Shown: positions 12,901-52,600 of the stretch, one piece after another
Numbering within the stretch: the first letter of the stretch is position 1
Layout of the letters: each line of letters begins with the position of its first letter
Source: Phoronis australis
Taxonomy: Eukaryota; Animalia; Phoronida
DNA length: 64,000 nt
NCBI GenBank assembly: GCA_002633005.1
Contig: NMRA01000652.1
Location: 138,597 to 202,596 of the forward strand
Reading direction: 5' to 3'
Notes under the pieces: model-generated
What the model saw: the letters and a program-made list of their open reading frames with translations, nothing else
What the model was told of the DNA's origin: nothing
The model's database searches: none
Made by a program: the position numbers and the translations under genes

Positions 12901-15900
12901 ATCGGTATAAGAACATTCTATTTGGTTCACCACAAACAGAATAGATTACAGAAATGGTTATAATTTCTGAGCACAACTTTCGTATGATAATCATGATTTG
13001 TTAATGTTTTTTCATGCGCAATAAATTTAAATCAAGATTATTGGATGAGAAGGGACCACGTGAGTGCTTTATCGAAAATAAAAAATACTGAGAGAACACG
13101 TTGAAATAACCGCATACCCGCTTATCCAAATCTGGCAACTCTAATAATGTGTTGAAGTCTTCCATGGCCTTGTAGCCCAAACCTAAGAATATGTAGAATG
13201 TCCCCCGAAGTAAGTAAGCCTCGGCAACAAATGGACTATTCTCCGTCTCAATTTCCTTCGTGCAGTAGTCCACAATGTCTCCATACTGTTGGCTGGTCAC
13301 CATCTGCCTAGCCGTGATGTAAGGCCTGCAAATATACGTAACACAGCACTGCAAGGTGGTAATACTCGGTGCCCTGGGGAGCTAGATTGACGAGAAAGAT
13401 ATAGGAGAAAACTGAATACAAGTCCGAGCGCATACTCCGAAGATGACATTTTCATGATGAGAAAGTGATTTTGTTCCTATACAGCAAAACTAAAGTGACA
13501 CAATCCTGCGTTATCAAAACAAGGATGTTCTTAAAATCTGTCCACAGTCACATTGAAGACATACCCTGCAGGTTTCTTGACTCCGCCGGACCGGTTGTCC
13601 TTCTCTGGACTTTCGTCCCTGTATTTTTCCGACTCGTCAACTTTTTCGGCGTCGTGGTTCTCCTTGTCACCATTTTCCACAACCTTTTCCTGATCCTTCT
13701 CAATGATGACTTCGGTGGACGATTCCTGCGTGTCTTCACGCTCGTCTATAGACCTGTTCATGATCGGATCATTGGCAAAGGAGCCGAAGTAGGAACGGAC
13801 AAAATAGTTTGACGGCAGCATCGGAGAGCGGTTCTGAAACAGGACAAACGCAGACACTCATTTATGAAGATCGGAACACTTTTTATCAGAATGTTACACC
13901 AAAGTTGTAATGGGGGAATTTTCTGCTAAGTAAATTCTGAGAAAAAATAACTTGACTTGAAGGAGATTACTTCGAACAACAAAGTAACCAAGTCAGTAAT
14001 TCCTGTCTTGTTTCCGATAAAAATAACTCGACAAAACTGATTTTTTTTTCTATTTTGAAATGCACTGTTCCATCAGAAAACTAAAGCAGTTATGAACCCA
14101 CCTTCTGTCACAACAAAATAAATTTTGATCTAGACCACTCATTGTTATGAAAGTAGTGTCAAAATGATCCAAGTCAATGTGATTCCAGGGGTCCAAAAGA
14201 ATTGAGAGTTCAAACATAAAAGACAAGGCTATGAAGGTTGGGTTTGTCACGGCGCATCATTTCATATGCCAAGCATAGCCTCAAGGAATACCCAACTGCC
14301 ATTTTTTGCAAACCTATAAATCACTTTTTATTTGAGTAAGGAACAAGTTGAGAACAATTGTATGGCAGTAAATGGTTTAAATCAGAACTCTGCTTCTTGG
14401 ATGGAATGCGGGCTAGTAGATACATTAAAGGTGTATTAGCATGCTCTAATGTATAGCAGGAACTAAACGACAATGCAGTTTTTAACATAATCTATGCTAA
14501 ACAAAGAGCAGTCATATTGATTGACAATTTGTAAATGTGAAATAAAAAATTCTGCAAATAAGTGACCTTTGCCCTAATGACCCATTTTGCGGGATCACAT
14601 AGCCTGCATCATGCGCTGCTATTCCCCAGCACCACGTCACGATACTTATTGGACACAGTTAAGTGATTTGCGGCAGATTATTTTCGCCACAAAACTCATT
14701 CTTAAAAACATTTAGCAATTTTCAACCTACTTCATACTCTCATTGTCGCCATATGTTGCGTTTCAAACAAATTTGGCCAAGCAATCAGAGATAAGGAATT
14801 AGTGTGCATGTTTCACAACTTACATTATCGCCCACTTTACAATTGGTCTCAACAGGCAGGTTTATAGGTACTTGCAAACTTTTATAGATTAAAAACTGTA
14901 GATTACGAAGACAAAAATGTCAATGTTTTAAATTTCTACTGAAAACCAACAGTGTTGAAGCAGTGTCTTCATTACATACTGTCAATCTCCTCTCACACCA
15001 ATCTCTATCCCTAGCACCCCCCCCCCCCAGAGAGGCTGCCTTCAACACATACTGCCAAATCCCCTCTCACACCAGCCTCCATCCCCAATTCCCCTAGAGA
15101 AGCTGTCTTCAGTACATGCTGCCAAATTCCCTCTCACACCAGCCTCCATCCCCAATTCCCCTAGAGAGACTGTCTTCAGTACATGCTGCCAAATTCCCTC
15201 TCACACCAGCCTCCAAACTTAGCCCCCTAGAGAGGCTGCCTTTAATAAGTACTTTCAATCTCCTCTCACACCAGCCTCCAACCCTAACCCTCTGGAGCAG
15301 CTGCTTACCTTGTACTCGACCTGTGACCGCTTCTTTCCCAAAGCCTTGAGCACACGATCAGCCATCACCAGACTTCCTTGGTTTTGGAACCCTTCCAGTA
15401 TACATACTGCTGTTACGTCTGCAACGAATGAGTAGAAAATTCGCTGACAATAACGAAGCAAGCAGGAACTGAGAATGCATTAGCAAGTAGCGTATAGACA
15501 ATATAACTTGGAATTTCTCCATCATAACAGCTGGGTAGAAGCCCAATTCATCTACTGAGCAGTCTTCTCTCATGACGGAGAATGAAGGGGCATCAACAAC
15601 AAAGGTGGCTAAGCTATCAAGCCATTAAAATTTTGCTGCCCTCATAATTATTACATGTAATCTTTGCTGTTAACAGAACAAGCCGTCATGTTGGAGAAAT
15701 GGTATTTTGTTCGATTACTTTTGTCTAGTCCTGTAGTTTCACAATGAAACAAAGCGATAACTGATGGTAACTCATCAATGTTCACCATCTCCGTCTTACT
15801 TCACATTTTCTCTCTGTAACCCTACCCCCCCTGCCCCTGTCCCCTGTCCTCTCCCCAGACTCCTAAAGTACACACCAAAAGTATGTGGACGAACCCTACT

Positions 15901-18900
15901 TCTCCATCATTACGACTAATATCAGTGCTGCCACTCACCGAAATTGAGAAAAGTATTCACACCATAAACTTATGATGTCTATGATCCACACATTCTCGTC
16001 AAAAAGTATAATTTTGCCGTAAAAAAGTACAAAAAGGGATAATTTATCGAACTTACCATTCAACTATTTTAAGAATTCAGCACAAATTACATACTAATGC
16101 AGTGTTTTAATACATTTTGGTTGCCATGACTCAGACAGTTAATACTGTGACAGGCACTGGCACTCGTCAAAGACTGACTACGCCCATAGATATTTCTGAA
16201 AACCCACTACAGGACTGTGTTGATCAGCTGTGCTAATGAATGGAGCACCCAAACAAGTACGCAAAAAGTGTAAAATATGATCTCCACAAAAAAGGTTTAA
16301 GGATGTATTTGCGTGCTCCTAACTATACCAATGTGTAGCAGGAACTAAACGACATGCTATTTGAACATCATCTACGCTAAACAAAGTGCAGTTGCATTCA
16401 CTGATAAATGTGGCAATTTTGAACCTACTTCATATTCACATCGTTGCTATATCTTGTGTTTCTAACTAATTTGAGCAAGCAATCACAGAAATAAGGATGA
16501 ATTAGCATACAAGTTCCACTCATATTCTTTCAAAAAAGTACAAAGAGGCAGCACTGTATAGCCTTTACAGATAAAATAATAATAATAATAATATAACAAT
16601 GACCGACAATGAACTGTCGTTAAAACACATTTCTAACGACGGAAAAGCATTTCCACCACTCTAACTTTCCGGTAATTTCCATTTCACTGACATACATGAT
16701 GGAAAGTCAACGAATTCCTCTCGTGACCAGCCATCACGACAGGAAATCTGGATAGTATTGTCTGAATACTTTTGGCATGTACTGTGATTCTCGACAGGCT
16801 AATTATTGTATACAAATCAACATTCCCACCTTCCAAACTCTCCGCCAAGTTTCCTTGATGTTCTAAAGCCCGAGCTCTTCTGTGTATTGCCTTGATATAT
16901 TTCTTATTGTAATCTAATGCTTTGCTACAGTCTTGTATGACTTCTGCGTAATTTTTCTGAAATAACGATGGTGAAATTAGCGGAAAGGACATTAGTGCTC
17001 ATTTAAAAATTCTTGAATAAAAAGTTAAAGCAACACACTTAACGTGATTATAAACCTGCTTTCCATCACTTTTATGATACACAATTGGTTTCAAATTGTT
17101 CCTCATTTAGATACTAGGTGACGTCAAGACTTTGAAATAATTTGAGACTAAGCTCTACAAGGGATTCAATCACTTCCCATCCGAGTTACTTGGAGTAACG
17201 AATAATTTGAGACCAGTTTTATAGTGGTAACTAGTCTAAGTCAAAATTTTGTATACTCGGACGAAATGCGGGTTCATAGATGCCTTAAGCAATTTTCAAG
17301 CAATTTTCAATTCGGACAACGTAAGCAATACTATTCAACAAGTAACAATAAGAATAGAAATTGAATTGACATTGAAAAATGACTTCAACTTAAAAATCGT
17401 GATAGCAAATTAGCCCAGTTGGTTGCACTGATCCTCACAAGTGTTCAATTCCGTGTAGTGTTGTAGCCCAAATTTAGAATCGCACGGTTGTCACACAACA
17501 CTGCTTGACTAGTAACTCTGCAAATAACGTCAAATGAAATAATCAAGTAAATCTCCATTACCAATTGTTCATAGGCTGCGGCGCGATTTTGGTAGAAAGT
17601 AGCAATTTCCACAGCATGCTCCTCCGGGCAGACGCTTATGGCTTCGCTGTAACAGCTTATCGCCTTGTCGTACAAGCCGCCTTTGAAGAACTTGTTTCCC
17701 TTATTTTTGATGTTCTGTGCAGCTTGTAGTTCTGTCTAAAAATACATAATGCCAAAAAAGCAACTATCAACAAAAAAGAAAAAAACAGTAACATTCAACA
17801 TATCCGACTCTTTTCTACTCGTAGTCTGCAGTAACAAATTGTTCATCAGTGAGTCTCACTTGGCAAACAGAAGTGTGTCCATGACCAGCACCTCACAACT
17901 ACACGCGTCTGAAAGTACACCTCTGCTGACAATATTAAAGAGATTGTGTTTATATTTTCATTTATATACAGTTCTGCTTCAAATCCACACTTTTCCATGT
18001 TAGAGGATCTCCGTAATTGTCTGCTTCCAACTTCCAAATCCTGTTTTCTAATGAAGGAAGATATGGCATATGTTCATTTGTGTGTGCAAGCCAGGCATGT
18101 CGTAGAGGTGGTGTTCATACGAGACTCCAATTGTCTCAAAAACGGGTACATACTGGGACAACATGACTCATGCACTCAAAATACAGGTTTGCTACACAAA
18201 AAGGACGTGTGTTTGTGTGTCAGTAAGTTGTGTTTAAAAGTCTGAGACCTGGGTTGCTCATGTATGGCGACCAGAAAATCATTCACTAGGCCAAAGTTTT
18301 ACATGCATAAAAAGGCAAATTACTTGAATTGAGAAGTGTGTACCAAAAAATCGACACCCCTAGCCCACAATCCGTAACCTCCAAATCCATACTTCGGGAT
18401 GTTATTGTTATTTGATCCCATAGTTTAAACGAAAACAAAAATTATTTTCGATAAAATATAATGAGCATTTCCTCTTCATATTCACAATTTTTGAAGATGT
18501 AAACTACGCAATCATCTGGCTCTATACTTTACGAACCGCATTCAAAAAGTAAGATTTATCATATGTGTGATTCAATAAGAGGACCGCACAACAGAAGTGA
18601 GATCAGAAAATGCTTACGCACTATTATTAGTATCTGTCTCACCAACATAGCAACCATTATCTTCAAACTGTTTGGAGTCAGAACTGATGGCATTGGCCAG
18701 TATCTGTCTAGTAACAACATAGTCCAAGCTACGATGCCACACCCAACCATCCCTATGGTAACTGTATATCGGAAGCTTTACATTAATATGCTAAAACTAT
18801 CAAAACCACCTTTAATTGCTATATAAATAACTTTCAAGTATAGGGGAATATCTCTTAAGTCCTTCCCACTCGAAAAGATACTCCAGCAATAGGTTCCTTC

Positions 18901-19937
18901 AGTCACTAACAAAATTGGCAAGTGATAGCTAGGGGCAGTATTAGTCCCTATGTCACACTCGGAAGGTTCCGGAAATCACAATACCTGTCGAAGTCTCGTA
19001 AAGTTCACAACCTCACCACTACATGATACCTTTCTCATTAGCTAGCTACTTTCTTGGCTACTGCCCGATCTTTGATATGAGTTATACATACATGGTCAAT
19101 GAATGACCCCAATCGAGGATTGGGCAGTAGCCAATCACAGGGTAACTATCATGACAAGAGCACCACCTAGAGGCGAGATTATGACCCTCGAAAGACTTCA
19201 AAGATGTAATTACAGCTAAATAGAAAACAGTCCATGTCCCTTTATTACACATGTGGTCAGTGTATAGAGTTATGTCCAAAAAGATTGAAATAAGCGCGCC
19301 TATGGCTATACTTATTCTTCTATAGGCATGGGGCAGGCATTGTTAGACGGCACTGGTTGGATATAGCGGGTCTTTGATTTAAAGAACCAGTTTTGTTCAC
19401 TGAATCAGGTGTTCTTTATTTTGTGATTGCGTGGTTCTCTAAATCAATGACCACTATATCTGGCCAGTGCCATGGTGGACCAACTATTATAAGATTGGGT
19501 GGAGTTGAACGGATTGGAATATCATTTCTAAAGACGACACCAGAACGAAACCCTTCCGGCTCAGCTGTACTCTATACGCGGAAGGTATTTATATATCAGG
19601 GGTGTAACGATTAGGGTTAACTGATTTATAAACTTCTAGCGCGCGAAGGACCTAAAGACGCCAAGACGAAAAGCGACAGGGAGTCAAACTCAAAGGCGTT
19701 ATAAGTCGACCAGTGCCTTCAGCTCATCGACCGGGAGGTTACCTCCTGTGACAGCGTGTTTTCCTTAGTGATTTTTGGCGTAGTGGATGAAAGTTCGTCA
19801 TCGTTTGTCTTTTTTTCCTCTCCTTGTTTACACTTATAGTACCACGCGGCTCCAATTCCTACAGCAGCAACCCCTCCGAGAGCAAGAGCAACTTTCCATT
19901 TCGGGAAACTCTGCACGTTACTCTCACTGTTCGCCAT
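6809..19937 (-). CDS. TOMM70: Mitochondrial import receptor subunit TOM70 (whole gene, 12 coding exons, about 609 aa)
   Basis: N-terminal signal anchor followed by TPR repeats (KNKGNKFFKGG.YDKAI.CY, FYQNRAAAYEQL, DIYHHRGQ, CEFAYEMLGTLEVQ). Twelve GT-AG exons join in frame to 1830 nt. Confidence 0.96.
8011..8222. repeat. Minisatellite, 16-bp unit (aacataatgtacactt), about 13 copies
   Basis: Direct tandem copies abutting the TOMM70 exon 11 donor. Confidence 0.95.
8228..8350 (-). CDS. TOMM70: TOM70 exon 11
   Basis: TLLLQWKQDFQSAKSMIDKAIEVDDKCEFAYEMLGTLEVQ; flanked by AG and GTAAGT. Confidence 0.93.
8786..8883 (-). CDS. TOMM70: TOM70 exon 10
   Basis: AQGDQYDFEAADRYFDKALEVEPDNANVWVHKG; flanked by AG and GTGAG. 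Confidence 0.92.
9420..9568. repeat. Imperfect palindrome with a tandemly duplicated right arm
   Basis: atacccagaatgcacttcact is inverted relative to two copies of gtgcattctgggtatttcaaataaggcctgcattatg. Confidence 0.8.
11162..11280 (-). CDS. TOMM70: TOM70 exon 9
   Basis: YRAAMMTRSPSQLKEAMKSFQETIARFPRCGEGFVLYGQ; phases consistent with neighbours. Confidence 0.92.
11882..11987 (-). CDS. TOMM70: TOM70 exon 8
   Basis: INLLLERVDDALKDFEKSATLNENFAVAHVQKCYT; flanked by AG and GTGAGT. Confidence 0.92.
12399..12533 (-). CDS. TOMM70: TOM70 exon 7
   Basis: VKSNALIKRGSLKIQEGDQTGSLEDFDAAALVDPENSDIYHHRGQ; flanked by AG and GTAAGC. Confidence 0.94.
13118..13325 (-). CDS. TOMM70: TOM70 exon 6
   Basis: PYITARQMVTSQQYGDIVDYCTKEIE..EAYLLRGTFYIFLG..DLDKR; flanked by AG and GTATGC. 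Confidence 0.93.
13565..13833 (-). CDS. TOMM70: TOM70 exon 5 (includes long acidic linker)
   Basis: NRSPMLPSNYFVRSYFGSFANDPI followed by an E/D/K-rich linker; flanked by AG and GTATGT; phase 2 matches exon 6. Confidence 0.9.
14448..14796. mobile_element. Dispersed repeat fragment, copy 1 (probable non-autonomous TE)
   Basis: Both ends match 16330-16496 (tagcaggaactaaacgac...ctaaacaaag; gcaatttt.aacctacttcata...agcaatca); copy 1 carries about 180 extra internal nt. Confidence 0.6.
14960..15308. repeat. Minisatellite, about 68-bp unit x5
   Basis: ctctcacaccagcctcca...cccctagagaggctgtcttca repeated, ending at the TOMM70 exon 4 donor. Confidence 0.9.
15309..15418 (-). CDS. TOMM70: TOM70 exon 4
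   Basis: DVTAVCILEGFQNQGSLVMADRVLKALGKKRSQVEYK; flanked by AG and GTAAGC. Confidence 0.94.
16330..16496. mobile_element. Dispersed repeat fragment, copy 2 (internally shorter)
   Basis: Homologous to both ends of 14448-14796. Confidence 0.6.
16830..16956 (-). CDS. TOMM70: TOM70 exon 3
   Basis: KNYAEVIQDCSKALDYNKKYIKAIHRRARALEHQGNLAESLE (TPR). Confidence 0.94.
17562..17735 (-). CDS. TOMM70: TOM70 exon 2
   Basis: TELQAAQNIKNKGNKFFKGGLYDKAISCYSEAISVCPEEHAVEIATFYQNRAAAYEQL (TPR clamp). Confidence 0.95.
19743..19937 (-). CDS. TOMM70: TOM70 exon 1 (signal anchor)
   Basis: MANSESNVQSFPKWKVALALGGVAAVGIGAAWYYK...; donor GAG|GTAACC, phase 0. Confidence 0.92.
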
Positions 19938-20049
19938 CTTCCGGGAATATCCTCACACGGCACTTTGGAGAGGAGTTCAATGACGTCATTTTTGATTGAC
20001 ACTAGCACGTGATCACGCAGGATTCAGCTTTGGCTCCTCCTCTAGCAAG
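19938..20049. promoter_or_regulatory. Putative compact bidirectional promoter between TOMM70 and Na,K-ATPase alpha
   Basis: 112 nt between divergent ATGs. Contains TTCCGGGAA (19939-19947), TGACGTCA (CRE, 19981-19988) and CACGTG (E-box, 20006-20011). Both ATGs sit in an AAGATGGCG context. Confidence 0.7.
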
Positions 20050-48136
<28,087 letters not shown>

Positions 48137-49610
48137 CGACGCCTCACCTTGCTCCCATCTGGCTCCCACCGTTTCCTTCCTCCTCGGGACGCCCCCCTCT
48201 CAGGAATTTTCCCGGACTAAGACTTTGAGCGGGGAGCAGCTGATGGGGGCTTAGCACACACCGAGGTAGCATTTTAGTAGGTCAATACTTGTATAGTACA
48301 CGCGGCACACATCTCTGTGAAAGGTGTAGACATGCATTTTATCCCATGCCCCTTTAATTGAGCGACTTGATTGATTAGGTAATATTTAGTGATAATAATT
48401 ATAATATCAGTAATTTTATGGGTTGTGCAGCCTGTGTTCAGTTTTTCATACTATGACGTTGTATTGATATTATTGTTATTATCGTTTACTGACTGCATTT
48501 TTACTAATAGCCTGGGCGCTACTACTATAAACCTGGTCTCTGTTCAGTTTTGTCTAGTAGTCAGGCATGTACCCTAAGCTAACATGCTGTGACACTGGCG
48601 ACAGATTTTGTAGCTGCTTACTGAGTAGTTCAAACGCAAATTTTCAATTAAATGTCCCTAAGCTATTCAAAAGGTAGGAGGTTGATTCAGTTGATTTTGA
48701 CATTGTTGTCTAAAATATAGCTGCTAGTGGAGCAAGTAAATACTCTCTATTTGTATTGAATAGCTGTGTATAGTTTTAATGACAGTTTGTAATGTAATCG
48801 AGCAAGTCAGTGTATAGTAGTACCTAGCGCACTGTTTTGGTGTCTAGAGATTCTTTGTGTACATTCCACCGTTGTTCTATTAGGTTCTACACGCTAAACT
48901 TTTTCGTAGAACCTCTAGTGTCTGACGCTGTGCCAACTGGTCGTGCGCGTCGTGCGGTCGTAGGTATCCAAGGAAAGTGTGATTTTTGGTTTTCTCGGGT
49001 CAAATTAGTTGTGCACACAATATATTGCAAAAGGGAGTGAGTTTGAAAATTGTTGAACCCAACCATGGATCGTAAAATAAATTCTCTGTGTGTTTTATTG
49101 AAACTTCTGTCCTAGTTTCTTCTTCAGATTTAATGCACGTATTCTTATAAGGAAGTCTTTGATGAATTTTGTCAACCATGTGATTGTGAGTACGGTTGCA
49201 GCGTGTTGGGCAAAAAAGGAACAGTGTCCCCGCCATTAAGATTGTGTGGTAATCGAAGGCTTGAAGGTTTATTAATTCTCTTAGCTCTGGTGTAGATGAG
49301 TCGAGAGTCGAATACCTTATTTACACAATTAAAGTCTTTGTGTAGAAGAAACACCGAGGCAGTATTCCTTTTTTGTCCTGACAAAATTGTACATAAGACT
49401 AGCACGAGAGCATTGAGTTTCCATGACCTAAGCATCCATCGGAATTAATGTCTGTTAGTGGTGTTAGGTTGGGGATTCTCTTGATGCCTTGTCCTTATAT
49501 ATAGATATATATATGTATACTACAAAGAGGATTGTTTGTTGAATGTGTTTAATCAATGGGTTGTCTATTGTAGATCTTGTCTGAGTGCAGTTTATTATAT
49601 CTTCCTGGCC

Positions 49611-49616
49611 AATAAA
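49611..49616 (+). terminator. Candidate polyadenylation signal for Na,K-ATPase alpha (another at 49076-49081)
   Basis: AATAAA followed by T/GT-rich sequence about 1.5 kb after the stop; no transcript support available. Confidence 0.35.
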
Positions 49617-52600
49617 ATGAGTTTTAGGATTAAGAATGTTTTGATACTTGCATGTATTTTCACTGGGTACTTGCGGTCAATTTTAAAAATCTTGAAGCAC
49701 CAAAAAATGTTGCCTTTGTTGTCCAAGGCGCTAGAAAACTCCAGAAAAAGTTTAAATTTTAATAGGCTTGTCAAATAGCTGTCACCAAGTGCAGGGATGT
49801 TTTAATGGCCGTTTACACCTTTGTAGATAGGTCTTGACTGTAAGATTTTCCACAATTTTGTATACAGGCTTCATAGAAGGGAATGTTTCTTCCAAACAAT
49901 GCAAAGTATAAACTAGCTTTCGGGAACAGTGGATTCCCTCGAATTCTTCATCACCTTTACATCTCTGATTAAGTTAAAAAACGTGGGTGAATACATTCAC
50001 TGTTATGTCACAAAATTGCGCTGTCAATATCATTTAAGGATATCACATGAGCTACCCCTATGGTGTGCAGCGAATTCTGGATAAATACTGGAAGAAATGG
50101 CATCACTTAAGAATGATGGGGTACACGGAACATTGTGCGTGGAACGTTGCTAAAGAGCTGTTTCACAGCCCCTCTTTGAAAATGTTATTTTGTATAGTTT
50201 TTAAGCAATAGAGGTATCAGATTCTTTATTGAAACCTAAAGCACTTTGCTAGAAACACTCAAAATGTTCATATTTTCATCGTTATGAAATCATCCAGAAC
50301 GATGCATTTGTGTTATACAAAAAAGTGGTCTTTGCTGTCGCCTATCTTTCGATTCGGTCAAAACTGTTTTTTAGGCCGTGTCGTGCTTGGCTTGAAGATG
50401 TTGCATGATTTTCACGTCTCCTCGTGATTAGTTGATAGTGCCAGGTTTATAGGGCCCCGTATGAGAGGAGGTCCCTCAATATGAAGACATGCTGCCCAAG
50501 TGCTCAAATATGAAAATCTTCATTTATAAACACCCTCTATCCGTCATCGGTCATTTTCCCAACTAAAAGTTGTGCGATTTCACACTTTCCAGGACCTTGC
50601 TGCGGTCGTTGTTTTAGAGTTCTCTCCGAAAATGAGGGATGTTTCATCGAAGTTGTATCGATATTTACTCGTTTTTGTTCGTTTTCGCAATGAATATCGG
50701 CCAGCTGTTACATCGTGTATCCGTGTACACGAGTGTGAGGGACAACCGAGAAACTTCGAATCCAAGGGAACCCAATGTCAATATCGTGCGTTTATTTTCC
50801 TGCTCTTTGGACGCCACATAAGTGTTAAATTAGAGGACAATACGGTTGAAATGTGGCCAGTTAATACTAGTTTTCATTTCGTGTCCGAGTGAGTCTAACA
50901 AATGGTGCAGTCGAAACCTGGTTGGACACAATGACTCGTGCTGTACTAGCTTTGGTGCAGAGGTTGACCGTCTGTTTATGGAAGTTTATTTTGCAATCAG
51001 TTTGTGCACCCAAGAGTTGAACAGAATTGTCACATGCAATAACGATGGGGAGCAAAAACAGATTTTTGGGGAATCACTGAGTGTGTCCCTGAAGAATGAG
51101 AACTTCATTCATAGGGTAATCAAAGTGCGAAGTATTGTCACCTACAGTAATCGTAGTGCGCAAAAAGTATTACCACCTGTGTTTCCACTTGCCTTCGAGG
51201 GAATAAGAATATAAAACATTGAATAGTGTGCCATGCATGAAATTGAATGTGTTTCACTTCACGAGCATAGGGCCGGAGGCTAGGATGAGTAGCTCACACG
51301 AAGAGTCGAGTCACCCCCGGCCGGCCCTGGCTCTTAAGTCAGATAAGGATTTAATATCAACGGGTGATGACGGTATTTATGAGTCAGTAGGTGGCACAAC
51401 TTGTACTGCGCACGAGAACTTGCGCTAGTCGACGTCACGCAGATTGGTGTGAGAAGTGAGAGTCATTTTGTTAGAAATTCTCTGACATAAGCTGTTATAA
51501 CAGATACAGTTCGTAGTCGTAGTGTTTATTTCGATATCAAACCCGGTTTTGGAACACCTAGCTCCAGCACACTATCTAAATCATTTTGGCAGTTTTGAAA
51601 ACACTCATTGTGTCCCTAGGAGAGTTGAGACAACTGGTAAGGGGATAGTTGAGCCGTGGCTCATTTTGACTCTCATATTTGCTAGTTTGTAATTTAAGTT
51701 GGCCGACGTACAAAGCTGTAGGAAGCCGTCAGCTCAACTCTCCTTGACGGGATGCTCAACCAAGCCCCACATCAGAGTTGAGCCACTTGACTATTTTTAT
51801 AGTTCTATACTCTATAGTTTTGTACACATTTGGCTAAATACATCGACAAGTCGATACAGTCCAACATTAACCTTGGTGTAGTAAATGATGCGACCAGTCT
51901 ACAGCTGCACTAGTTCATTTTAAGGCAATAGACGTCAGCACCGTACGGATGCAGTGGCGGAACGTTTCTCGATGCATACATTTAGGTGCATTCCCCATTC
52001 CCCTCCTCATACACAAAAACGAAACAGGTAATTAAAAACTTCATTGTGGCGACCAGCTTTGCAACGACCGGCGATTTGTAACTGCTGCCGACACTGGTGT
52101 CGATCGGTTGGAGGTTGCACTGGTGTCGTCCTCCGGTCACGAAATGGTATATCAGGTACATTTCATATCAGTCTAAAGGTAAGAACCTCCAAGAAAATCA
52201 AATGCTTCTTGAGAAAAGCTAAGCAAATAAATAGGTCGGCACTTATGATTCCAAGTGCCACTGTAATGTGGCTGAAGAAAAACATTGTTTTAATATTACG
52301 TATGTGAATGGAAGGCTCATAACCCATTTTTTGATGTTTCTGATTCTTTACCTGTGCTTACTTTTAGATAATTTGACAAGACGGGGTTACAAATTTATCA
52401 AAAATTGATGACTGAAATATTCCTCCAAAGACTTTTGCAATCAAAACTTAGGGCGGGAAATTTGCATACCACCAAAATTTACATTGACAACAATAGGGTT
52501 AAAATATCTCCGTTATGGCCAACGCCTTAAATAAAGCTTAAGGGAAAGGGAAATGACATTGGTGAATCTACACAGGGGGTCGGTGCTTACGTACTTGAAC

